Source of the DNA: Takakia lepidozioides
Taxonomy: Eukaryota > Plantae > Bryophyta
Assembly: GCA_030704615.1 (NCBI GenBank)
Contig: CM060731.1
Span: 28,954,001-29,018,000 of the forward strand
Direction: 5' to 3'
Length of the DNA stretch: 64,000 nucleotides
A program made the translations under genes and the position numbers. A model generated the notes under the pieces. The model saw only the letters and a list, made by a program, of their open reading frames with translations, was not told the DNA's origin and did no database searches. Below are positions 32,997 to 45,000 of the stretch, in pieces (position 1 is the first letter of the stretch; the number at the start of each line of letters is the position of its first letter).

Positions 32997-34779
32997 TTAT
33001 GTATTTACGCAATTCGTAAAATAGCCCGGAATTCTGCTACGACTCCGGAGTCGTTGACCCCACTTCTGTCCACTGTCTAAAATGCCCCCGTGGGCCCACA
33101 TTGTCTGTTTCGACTCTCCAGTAGTCCCATTTACTACCAAGTGGTTCTCGGAGTGGTCGCGGACATGCAGTCGATTCGGAAAAGACACGAATGCTTCTAG
33201 TGGTCCTCCCAAAATCCTAGATTTTATCTACCACTGGCGTTTTAGATAATGGCTCCTAACCCTTAGAGGGGTATAAATTGAATCTAATAGCTAAAGGTAA
33301 GAATACCCCCCTTTAAGGGAATTTGCAGACGCATTGCCCGTTGGGTAAAACGCCCCCGCCACGTGGCGGGGCGCAGATCCGCGCGTAGCGGTCCAAGCCG
33401 TGGACCGCTGCGGTTAATGCCAGCGTCCGCCGGTCCCTCTCAACTTTTGGTTATCCAGCGGGTAAAGACCCGCACCCTGCTTGCACGCTTCAAGGCCTCA
33501 CGCCTGAGCCACACGGTTGATGTACTTGATCTCAGTACGACTTAAGGTTAGCGATGGGGCCCCGCTCCCGTACGTCGTGGCTGGGCCACGGCTGCCTCCA
33601 CGCAGTAATCGAGTATCTACTCTCTAGGCGTAGCACCCGGGCTCCTCCCGGGCTGCTCGCGACTTTGGGGCAGCTGCTGTCAAGCGAAATTAGCCCGCCC
33701 AAACCCCAAGACAAAAAAAAAATACAACCCACCCTCCCCTAGGCTTCCATGGCTTGCTAGTGGGGGGGGGAAAAAAATTAGCACATAGTGGCCTTATATC
33801 ACAGATCCAGCCTACTGGCTTGCCTTTGCCAGAGCTGGCTATATTTCAAATTAGTAATCAAACACAAAGATTCTTTCTTCCAACAATTCAAATACAAGCA
33901 TCTATTGGTGCCCTTCCCAATAGACTATGGGGTTCTTCCCCTTGTCACTTCTAGACATGAAATAGTGGGATTCCACAATGCACTCTCCTCTTTTGAAGAG
34001 CCTAAATCAGATTTCAACTTCAAGCTTTGCTTGGAAAATAAATGAATGAAATGGTAAGATGGGATCAACCTTTCTATGCGAGAGTGCTTGGGATGCTCTA
34101 TCGACTCAAGTAATGGTACTCTATGCGGCCTCCACTTGGGCTCTCGTCTATAAGTCCACACCAGCCCCTCCTACTCGTCCTCAAGTCACTTCCCTCCACA
34201 TGAAATTGCCCACTTCCTTCACAAATGAAATGGCTCAAAAGCCCACAAGCTAGGCCACTTGCCTTAGCTTACAAGAATCCTACCTAACTAGGGAGCTTCA
34301 AGCTCCACTCCCTAGGATCTAGCCCCTCCTCAAGCCAAAAACTATCAAGCACTACAACAACAAGCAAGAGGAAACTAAGCAAATGAGCTAGATGAAGAAC
34401 AAGAGAAGCCTTGCCCTTCTTTTATACTGTTTTTGAGTCTAATAAACTAATGGAAAATATTCATTAAACTATTGTTTCCTTGGAGGATCTATAATATAAT
34501 ATTCAACATGGATTAAAAGTCTTAGAGGCAAATGAAAACTGGATTTTCATCCATCCAATTGGATGACCAGTTGGCACGAGTTATCATTTCATCCATCCAG
34601 CTCCTCAAGGCGAATTCCAGGATTTTTCATCCATCCACGAAGTAGAAATGCAAATAATAGGCCTTGTTATTGTTGTCGACTCAATAATTTGGCCCCGCTG
34701 CTAATCAGCTCCATAAATCACCAAACTTGGTGACAAACTACAATTATATATTCCGTATCAGCTTGTAAATTCTCAGCTC

Positions 34780-35401
34780 CATCGGTGGTAAAAAGTTGCG
34801 CTTCTCACCATTCGTCGTATTTTCGCTACACACAGATTTTGTGGTATTTTTGGAAATCAAATCCCTGGTGATGGCTCTGGGGTCTTTGACCCTGCCACTG
34901 AGTCATAGGTTGTCCGGAGTCCCCTCCAATTGTCCCGCACCGCTAACAAGTCCACGCTTCGCCGTTTGAAGTCGTCCTGACCTGCTGTCATTCCGACGCG
35001 GCCAATTGATTTGTTGCAATATTTCATCTCTATACATGTCGCTTCCACCAATTGCCAAGCTCCTCGCCGTGTGTTCCTACTGGACTTGAAAGGCGGGCGA
35101 AAATAAAGATCGCAATCTGGGACTGAAACAGTCGTCCTGTATTGTTTGAACAGGATTAACTTGTCGTTTCTGGTACCGAATTGGCAGCCTAATCTGCTGC
35201 CGATGTAGCTTCCTACGGTCATCTTGATGCCAGAGTTCCACTCCATGCTCGTCGCAGACACTGTCTAATTTCCTACGTGCTTTACCAACAATTTCCAGAC
35301 AACTAACAAACTAACCCGTTTTGGCAGTACAATGCCGAAGCCGCTTGTCTTATGATAAAAAACGATCCGAAAAGAAAAATGTACCAATATATGCATCTAC
35401 A
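34780..35401 (+). repeat. LTR 3'-end fragment (copy 2)
   Basis: Direct repeat of 17966-18583 (roughly 90% identical by eye), ending in ...GCATCTACA; no PBS follows. A possible TGTA start at 33000 is unconfirmed. Confidence 0.6.
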
Positions 35402-36293
35402 GCCGCCGCCATAACATTCAAGGCCGCCACGTCCTTAGAGTCCCAAACCCGCCGAGGCAGCCCCCATAAAACCAGATCCTCTATGGCCCAAAGAAATTAC
35501 AACCTAGCTCATTAATCCATAGTCCCTGCTGTTAAGGATCAAAATAGGGTATGGTCTGTATGCAGGTCTCAAGAGACAGGCCAGACAGGTCGAGTTGCCC
35601 CATCGATGGCAGAACAACAAAAGCCAAAACATAGGTTGTAGCATGCCAAACCAGGAGCAGTCGGGTTGAATTCGGGACTGCAGGCAGTAGCCATTTCAAG
35701 GCGCGATAACTTACAGGTCTCCTCAGCCCATATCCCCAACTGCATGCTCAAGAAATTTCAAAGTAAGTGAGGATCCTCACCTGGTCCCATCACAAGCCCC
35801 CACAAAATCAACAGATTAGTGAGGATTGTGGAACCCCAGGTGAATCACAGACCCTCACACTTGTCATCGATGTCAACTAAGAATCTCAAAAGCAAGAGAA
35901 GAAGATAAAAACACAAGGATCCCTAAACTCCAAAGGCACCAATTGGGGAAGAGGGTTATGCGTCATCATCACCCGCGGCAAGTCGCCTCCACAAAGCACA
36001 TGAGCAATGAAGCAAAGCAGGCAAACTCGCAAGGCAATATTAGGGAGGGAGAGAGACTTCCCAGCACAAATGCCACTGCTAAAATTAAAAGCCAGAGGAG
36101 GGAAGATGCCACTGCATTCACAGCAGTGTTTCCCGCTGCTAGAGAGACAAGGCGCCGCCTTCGCGCATCCCTAGGCACTCGCCCAACACGGGTACAACAC
36201 CACAAAAGGGAAGCCACCAAAGCACGTCCGCCATAACACTCTCGCCGCGAGCTCAGAAGCACATCTCGTGCTTCTGACAGCGGGAGAGACAAC

Positions 36294-36880
36294 ATAGGGT
36301 TTTTTTGGCCAGATTTTTCATCCGTGGATGAAAATAGTAAAAAACACCTTTCTACCTTGACGGATTTCATCCATATCAGAGTTAAAAATAGGTTTTACGG
36401 TAGGGGTTAGGGTTTCACCCCCGTAATTAATCATAATTAGGGGTAATTAAGATCAAATCTAGGCCATAATCATCTGTACTCGTCATCCATAAATAGATCA
36501 TTTGTTAGGATGAAAAGTAGGGAATATCATCCGTGGCAGCGGTTTACCTCCACCTAGGTAATTCATCATTCCTCATCAGACCACCCGGTATGGATAAAAA
36601 AGAGTCAATGAAAGAGGAATGAAAAATTATTATCCTGGTAGTTTTTCAACCGGTATGGATGAAAAACAAGATGTTGTTGGCAACCCTCATAGAGGTAATT
36701 TTCATTCATTGGTGGCTCATCCGGTATGGATGAGAGTCAATAAAAGAGAAATGAAAAAACCAGAAAATCATCCTAACGGCAATTCAGTGTCCATCCTGGT
36801 GGCTCATCCGGTATAGATGAAAAATCGATGATGGATGAAACTCTGTCAAAACTTCATCCAGTATGGGTGAAAAAACAGGA
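36294..36880. repeat. Motif-rich repeat, probable degenerate DNA-transposon/MITE
   Basis: Five variants of CATCC-GGTAT-GGATGA (~36583, 36648, 36718, 36805, 36855) and many TTCATCC/GGATGAA motifs; a similar motif cluster occurs at 34540-34640. Confidence 0.45.
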
Positions 36881-37156
36881 ATTCAACATTGATAACAACC
36901 TGCTGGTTCCCAGGAGAGAGGGAGAGAGAGGGAGAGAGGGGGCACCCACTAACCAGCCCCTGGTATTGCAGTCCCTTATGGAGTAAGTGTGGTATGCACT
37001 CACCCCGTAAGGGAGTGCATACCAGACCCCTTCGTAAGGATTCTCCCTCTTCAAAGTATCTTCTAACCCCTGGACAAATTTGCCAAAGGGGCTGGAAAGG
37101 CCTACTTCCTGATCCTCTCATGTCAAGAAACAAGATTCAGGGTGGCAAACAGGCTC

Positions 37157-37238
37157 ACACAGTCAACAGTCACAGCCTGACACAGCCTGACACAGCCCAA
37201 CACAGCCAGTCACAGCTTGGCATAGCTCGTCACGGCGT
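37157..37238 (+). repeat. 10-bp minisatellite (CACAGCCTGA-like), about 7 degenerate units
   Basis: cacagcctga cacagcctga cacagcccaa cacagccagt cacagcttgg catagctcgt cacggcg. Confidence 0.8.
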
Positions 37239-40187
37239 TCACAGGGGGGTGATTGCTGCCTACAGTGTCCATTTTTTGACGTAAATGCGTCATTTTTTCT
37301 TTACGTAGTTTGTTGGTTTTGATCTACAATCTTATATTTCTATGAAATTTCTTAAAAGGGACTCATAACATTGTACCTATCTACATGTAGTATCTACCTT
37401 CTCAGACTTGCCGCCAAAAACCATTATCTCTAGAAATAATGGACTTTATGAAAAATCCATAAGCTTTTGTTACAGTCCATACAAAACTTGTTATGGACTC
37501 ATTATCTGTTAGATTTTGCAACATAATTGGAATAAAGGACTTGGCCTTCCCTTGCTATTATGATAAAGAATCTAGTGTGAGAGTTTTTAAAAAAAATTAC
37601 TCATTAAATTAAATTTTATGTACTTTATCAACCTACTAATAACAGCCATTTTCATAAAGTCCTTTACAATATGAAAACCAAAATACCCATGAACTGTCTT
37701 CATTAAATACAACCATTTATTATAGGCCCAAGGTCAAATTTTCAAAAACATGCACTTTTGTGATTATGGTCAAGTTTGGATTATGTCATCAACGACACGT
37801 GATGGCATATATCCTCCATAACATCTTTCTTTTTCCCATTTGAAATGATAGTATCCCAATAATAGACGTTCCACATGATATAGTGCAAGTGAATCCATGT
37901 TTTGGTTTTTTTTCACGATTTTTGTTTTTTTATCTTATGTACTTTTATGTAGGCCACATCTTCAACTTTTTGGTCCACTCTTCATTGCAACTACCCAGAG
38001 AACGGTTATCATTGGCAGGGAACGACTGTGTGGGAACGACATCTGCAAAAGAAACGTGTGTTCTGTCTTGGATGACAGTTAGTTAGTTAGGCGGTTAGAA
38101 CAGCTTGCAGGTAGAATAAGTAGAGTAACGACATGGAGGAGATCACTTCTTGGACATGACTTCTGGAAGATCGCTTCTGGCGTCACGAGCACATGGATGG
38201 AGATTACACATAGGAGGAGATACGACGAGATGATGCTTGATACATGCAAGTTGTAGAGATATACTGTAGGGCAGAATAAAGAGACCATGGCTTCAGCCTG
38301 ATACATGATAGTTATAAATCTGATTCCTATTTCATACTCACATGGTGGAGAGAGATATGACTGAAGCTGTGGAATGAATGCTTGAGTAGATGGAACATGG
38401 TAGATTGCAGAAGCAATCTGATACTTAATCATAATAGTAATGTAATTTGCTAACATGAATGCGAGAAGGAATACAAATAGGAAAGCACCCCCATGATATT
38501 GTAGGTCATGACTAATTGTTCTGAGCGGGAGAAGTACTTAGAGACATCCAACTCTTTTATCTTGGAGTTTCCACCTCGGATAGCGAAGGGATGGGTGAGT
38601 AAAAGCCGCTCGACAAGTCACGGAGGCGACCCGATGTTCGTGCGTACGTGCGCCAGGTGGTACACACGTGAGCCTTAAAGACCCAATTAATCTAAAATGA
38701 GAGGTTTTTCTCTCAGTTTTATCATAATGACTTCCATTATATGTAGTTCTTTTTTGTTTTATCACATTGAATTACATTGTATTCAGTTCTCTTTAGATTT
38801 ATCCGTCCAATTCCACTTTTGTTTTTTTTTTGCCAACAGGGGGGTTACAGCCCTGGTTAACTTTATTATAAAATATTTTTGGTGGGACAGAGCCCTTACA
38901 CATTATTTGGGATTATTCGGGGGAAAAAAATTTAAAACCCCTTAAAACGCCATAAGGCACTCACACGTAGTCAGTGAATAGAGAACTTGAATGGAGAACG
39001 ATCATTTCCCTCCCCAAAGGTAGGGACTATGATAGCATGCAATATTGAAGGGGACCAAATTAGGATGATTAAGACTAGCGAGTCATAAAGAGCTGTATCC
39101 GACCAGGAAGTTCCCTAGGGATTAGCAACGACCTAACCCCCTGGGATTATTAGTGCTCAACGGTAGTTAAGCCTGGAAGCCTTCGCTGAGGTCTTCAAAT
39201 GTTTCCAATTAAACTCACAGTCAAACTCCGGTGATGCTGTGGACTGTTGAGCGCTTGTTTCGCCATTGTACAAGAGTCTTCCGATGTGGTGACACAGTTA
39301 AGCCCGTGATGGGCCTAGGTGTTCCTGAAGACCTCGTAGATGGCAGCTGCTCCTTGCAAATTGCGTTGCATACCTGCACAGAGTTTGGCCCAGGCTTTAC
39401 GGGAATTCCACATTCAATTTTATCTCTTCGCAGTTGTTCATTGCCTTTAATTTATTATTATTATTTTCTATGGAGGTGAAAACATAGAATATTTTGATTC
39501 CAAATTTCACATTTATTTGTTACTTATTATCCTCAGGGATTACTGTCAGTGCTGAAGGTTCCAAATGTTTTAAGAATCTATTATTTTGATTTCAAGAAAA
39601 TCAAGACCGCCAGTATTAGCATTTCAGTTTTGTAATTAGGGTTGGAGCCATTACGCGACTAGCCTCTTGTTCATAATTCATCCTTTTGGTGTAGTGAATA
39701 AGGATACAAATGACTTTCTGGCACAAGTCGTCCCATGTCAAAAGACTTTGTTAGCTGATAGCACTGCTTGTTTCACGGGAATAGGCATATCCATCGGGCA
39801 CCCTACAACTATGACTTCTATAGTTGTCCTTGCAGACAGTTATGTCAACGAGGCTTTGTTGGATAGAATGTGCGAAGCACAAGCGAATATTTGGTAGATA
39901 TTATGAATATTCCTTGAAGATACTATGCCCAAGCGAGATTGTGCTCACACGAGATGAATTGCAAATAGTAAGGTTTGCTCATTCAAATGAAACTCTTAAT
40001 TAAGTTTGGCCCACGGCACATGTTTTTTTTTTTGGTCTTTTTTGTTTTGTACCGAATACAAACTACAGAGAGGCCAAAATTACACACATTTTTGCCCATG
40101 TTGTCTACATATTCCTATAGTACTATGTTGGATATCTTTTTTCTCACCTGACCATGCTCACATGTCTACCCAACCTCTTGCATCCTA

Positions 40188-40382
40188 TATATATATATAT
40201 ATATGACGCCAACCAAAGCTAGCGTAATTAAGAGCCTCTTCCCCTTGCAGGTACTGCCCCTTTCAGGGATGGGCTCTATCCGCACCCTATAGCTTGTCAC
40301 ACCGTGGCAAGCTGACCAGTTTCAATCACGTTTATTGAGGATTAGGGATGTGACTGATGTAATAGCTGTGAAGTGCAAGGCC
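40188..40382 (-). mobile_element. 5'-truncated copy of the RLE-type non-LTR retrotransposon with (AT)n tail
   Basis: Reverse complement matches 54367-54560; flanked by 9-bp TSD TGCATCCTA (40179-40187, 40383-40391). Confidence 0.88.
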
Positions 40383-40826
40383 TGCATCCTACAATACTAT
40401 GGTGTCACTTTGTTTAGGAACAAATGGGAGAAAGCCGTCACTACTGTTCACATTATTCAAAAAAATGAAATTGATATAAATGGTATTGCGACAAGTCTCA
40501 ATTATGCTCTACCTAAGCTTCTTCCATTTTCCATTTTCAATGCATTTTGCAAGTTGTGGCAAATGCACAAAATTATCCCCAAAGTTTGCTAAAATGTGAG
40601 TTGTCATGCATATCGTTAGTGTTTCTTTTTCTTTTTCTTTTGTATCTATTTCAAGTTACATACACTCATTCGACCTATGTGGTGGCATATTTGGGCACGA
40701 ATTATGCATATCCATGAAATGTTTTTCCCATGATTTGCTCGATTCAAGAAAAAACATAGTCCATTCTCAACATGAACAATTATTTTAAGATATTGCCCTA
40801 ATTGCAATCAATATATGAAGCGAGAC

Positions 40827-40862
40827 GTTTGTTTTGTTTTGTTTTGTTTTGTTTTGTTTTGT
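40827..40862 (+). repeat. (GTTTT)n microsatellite
   Basis: Directly visible, about 7 units. Confidence 0.9.
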
Positions 40863-40989
40863 AGCGTTTGTTTTGGTGTTGTTGGAAAGCCCTCGATGAG
40901 GAGGGGTGCACCGGCTTGGTCTCATGATTTTTGGACCAGCGGTGAGGGAGATGTGGAATTTCGAGTACTTTTGGTTGCTGGAAATTCAC

Positions 40990-41506
40990 AAAAAATAGCA
41001 AAAATGGCAAAGTGGGCATTCCTGGGACAATGGTTGGAGCCTCGACAAGAGAGATATCAAGGGAAAGGACTCTGGTTCAAATCTGGTCGTAGGCTCTGTA
41101 GAAAAAAACTTACTTAGATGACATTGGGCCATTGGAAATTTGGGAAAAATAGCAAAGTGGGCATTCATGGGAGAATGGTTGAGCCTTGACGGGAGAGACA
41201 ACAAGGGAGAGGTCTCCGGTTCAAATCTGGTTATAGGCTATGTGGAAGAAGAAAAAATGATTAGATATGGTTAAATCATTAGACTTAGATGACTTAGATG
41301 ACAGTGGACACTTGGGCCAACGGCACAGGCTACCCAGAGGTCGCACTTGGGCCTCATTTAGGAGACGCACTAGGATACATATGAGATCTTGCACTTAGGC
41401 TTAGATGACACTGGGCATTTGGGCCAACGGCACAAGCTACCCTAGAGGTCGCATTTGAGCCTCGACATAGGTGACACACTTGGATATATAGGGGATAGTA
41501 CTTGGA
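40990..41506 (+). repeat. Two tandem dimers: ~145-bp units with Pol III A/B-box-like motifs, then ~107-bp units
   Basis: TRGCAAAGTGG at 41005 and 41150; GGTTCAAATCT at 41074 and 41218; CTTAGATGACA...TTGGGCCAACGGCACA at ~41293 and ~41400. Confidence 0.7.
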
Positions 41507-42024
41507 AACACTATTTTAATTAATTATGGACTTTTGTTTGGTCCAGAAATAATATGAAAAATATGAATAAACAAAATTTATTATTGAAATAAAGCGATAT
41601 ATATGATTATTTTGGTTATTTTATGCACAATATAATCCTCCAAACATTTTTTGGAGACAATATAAGTATGTATTGTGGTTTTAGAAGAACATCCACTTCC
41701 AAGTTGACGTTCACGAAAAAAATGGGAGGATGCAATAAATTACACCATGATGTGATGTCAGATATGTAAAACTTTTTGCACAAAATGGTTGTCATATCAG
41801 ATGACATACAAAATCAAACATATGGCATGTGATGAAGAGGATGACATGAAAGAATGTGTCCGCATACATTGATGATAAACATTCATATTTTATTAGAAAT
41901 TGCAACTTTGGCGCGTTGCAGTCAGACATAATGTAACGTCAACTGTACATCCGTTGGACTTAATGTTATCCAGCGGCTCGAAGCCATACAACGGCTTACA
42001 CTTACCCATTAATATTACAGAGCC

Positions 42025-45000
42025 TCATCCCAAACGGCTCGCAATCAAGGCATGTGTTCGAAGACGCCTCCGGTTACCACAACCACTTGCAACGGTCTCC
42101 GCACCAGAGGAAACGGAAATACTTTCGGAGAACTCGAACCTAGTAGTAACATTATCATCCGAAATGTTACTTGGAACTCTACTTGTTGAATCTCTTGATG
42201 CCATTGAAGCCTGCCGGGAAGCCCGCCATTCTTGCCAATCACGAAGCCCTTCTTCTTCTTTTCGAATTCGCTCCTTGAATGTGACTGGGCAAAATAATTT
42301 TTCATATGACAAATGTCAGCTGAAATGTGGAACATTTGTAAAAACATGATAAAGTAAAAGTGCAAGTGGAAGACACTTTCAATATCAAATTCTCTATAAA
42401 CAACAAACAGTGGGATAAGTACATATCAAGGTAATCAGGTTTATTTTGTTGTGGGATCCAAACACGAGGATCAACATATCTTCCATACCAAGCCCAATAG
42501 GCATGGTCGCAACCAATAGGCTTACGAGAACACTTGGCAAGGTTCTCGCTGATGTAATCTACGACTGTTGAAGCTGCAACCATTTTCAATATATATGGCC
42601 ACATAGCTTTTGTCATATTATCCTGGTCAACCAAGCCCTTTGGTGATGGCTAGTATGAAAAGGGAAGAATCCAGTATTTGGTGGGTTTCGGAGGTCATTT
42701 GATGGCTCATCATCGACAAGGAGTATTTGTCCCTGCGTTGCAAAGGGTGTACCAGGGTACTTGGCCAGAACAGTGCGAATATCCTTAACGAGATATTTCA
42801 TCCCATGCATGATGTAACCGGTAGTGTCTTTGCAATCCTCAGCTAACCAAATGAAGCAAAACTTCTTCGCTCGTAGGAACTAAGCACTCGAGCATCCTAC
42901 AAAGAACATCTCTTTCAGCACATGACCAGATCGCCACGTGAAAATGCATGAACGCAAGGTTGAGAAAATCCAAGACTCCGGGCCAGGGAACCACAAAAGG
43001 TCTGTCGAGAACATGAACTATAACTTTCCTGAAACGAAAATCTCTCCTTAAACAATTCACCGCCGGTTGGAGGTGGCCGGTAGTAGAGGAGTCTGTTGAC
43101 ACTCAATATTAACAACATCCGTTTCCTCTTCCCCGATGTGGCAAATGAAGGTTGATGGACGATGCCATCCTACGCAATTTAAGTGTTTTCCCCGTCAGAA
43201 ACAACACGATGTAGTGTTTCTTAGTTTCAGAGTGACCTCTACGTTTTCGAAGACATAAGTGTCCCGACAATGGACTACTGTAAAGGACCAAGAGTAGACC
43301 ATATATCGAAGAGTTTGAGATCACGAAAAGATGAACGTCGGCTGTCAAGTGGAGGGTAGTGGACGCACCTTGTCGGGAGGCGCATTCAAGAAGTTCTGCG
43401 GCTTCATACTCGCTTGTCTAAAAATTACGGAGTTAGTTTGGGACTGCAAAACAAACTGCAAACAAAAGTGGAGAAATTGTTTTGAAATGTACCATTGAAG
43501 CCTTATTGGAATGTCTTGCAGAAGAATAGTGGATTCACGCGGGCTTCGTTTGACGAGGCGCCACAACATCCGAGGGAGTCCTCATGTGTTTGGAGTCCGT
43601 TTTTTTTTTTTTCTTGTCAGCCTTTTGTCCGTTGGAAAGATTTCCTGCAGAGGAAGGAAATGGTTCGGGGGCTCTTTTTCGCCTCTTTGGTGCAGAACAT
43701 TGTGCCAGCAGTTCAGGGTCACGCTGTGTCGATGTTGGAGATGTTTTGCCATTGAACGACAGAAGGAGTGGAGGGGCAACAATAGGCAAGCACAAAAATC
43801 CCTTGAGCACGCGACATCCTGGATGGAATGAAAACGCAACGAAGGAATAATTTACCTCGAAACTGCATTCCAATGTAGACATCGTTTGACAGGAAGATCA
43901 TAATCTGCAGATTTTCTGACCTGGAGTGACAGATGAATATCAGACCCCAAACTAAGTGAAACTAGGAGAATGAGCAAAGAGCGAGAAATGAGTTTAAGTC
44001 ACCTGACTTCTGCGGATTTGGGCTGTCCAACCCTCGTGGGGGAGATATGCGAAGAAGAGACGGAACCAAGTGTAGTGGAGCCGCAGCCGAGTCCCCGACG
44101 GTTGCCCTGCGGGTTGGATAGACCAGACCCTGCGTACTGAACAGGGAGGGTGAGGAATGCTGGGAAAGGTCGATAAAGTTTCCGGGATATTTGTGTTCTT
44201 CACCTACACTTTGGACTTTACACCCAGGAGGACCCAAGAAGAGAAGAGTGTCGCCCGCTTCCCGGGAGGAGAAGGGTCTGACAGAGGATCCACCCTCAAT
44301 TTGAGCACCATCGTGAACCCTCGAAAAGCCTTCAATACTCCGACTCACTGCTGATCCGGAGGGTTCTTTTAGGGGACTTGAGGAACCGATGACGTCGTCT
44401 GCATCTCCTTGAACCTGCCAAAGAGACATAATCATAAATCCAGGAGTGCAGGAATGTGAACCTCCACTGAACAGTGGAGGTCACTAGATATAGTCATGTC
44501 CCCGTATGAAGGCCTGTATCAGAGTCTTGGGATTGCCCGGGATGTGCGTCAAGAATTCAACATAAAATGAGTGAAAAGTAGAGTACCATATCTAACATGT
44601 GTGTGGTTACAAGGCAATGAAAATCAGAAACCATGAAGATATTCAATAGCTCGAGTGAGATGGGATTGATAAAAAATAATTTATTTTGAAGCATCATATC
44701 TGAGACTCTTAAAACCGTTGTCCTCAATAAAATCCCAAAGTAGGCTAAACTTGGGATCGTTTGAAACATTGGGAAAAAAACTCAACCCTATCTTTTTTTT
44801 CCTAAGATAGCTTGAAACAGTGGGATGTTTCCTCATTCCAAGCAAATAGGTCTGAAGAACCTTGAGAAGATAGTAACCATCAGTCTCCACGGTCTGGAAC
44901 GGTTTGAGAACAAGACATGAGTCAGGCGGGTTCAATACACACTTCATGGCGGTGTCGTCAATGAGCAGAGTGTTACTCTTGGTGTATTGTCCATCAAATC

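Noticed and set aside
17966-35401. The two 620-bp repeats as the paired LTRs of the gypsy at 20252-26170
   Set aside because: The PBS-like motif implies + orientation whereas gag and integrase are on -, the sequences upstream of the two copies differ, and no TSD or PPT is seen.
36889-37264. Solo LTR (TG...CA) around the CACAGCC minisatellite
   Set aside because: No matching terminal inverted repeat or 5-bp TSD.
41005-41228. Functional tRNA genes
   Set aside because: A/B-box-like motifs are present, but no acceptor or anticodon stems can be drawn.
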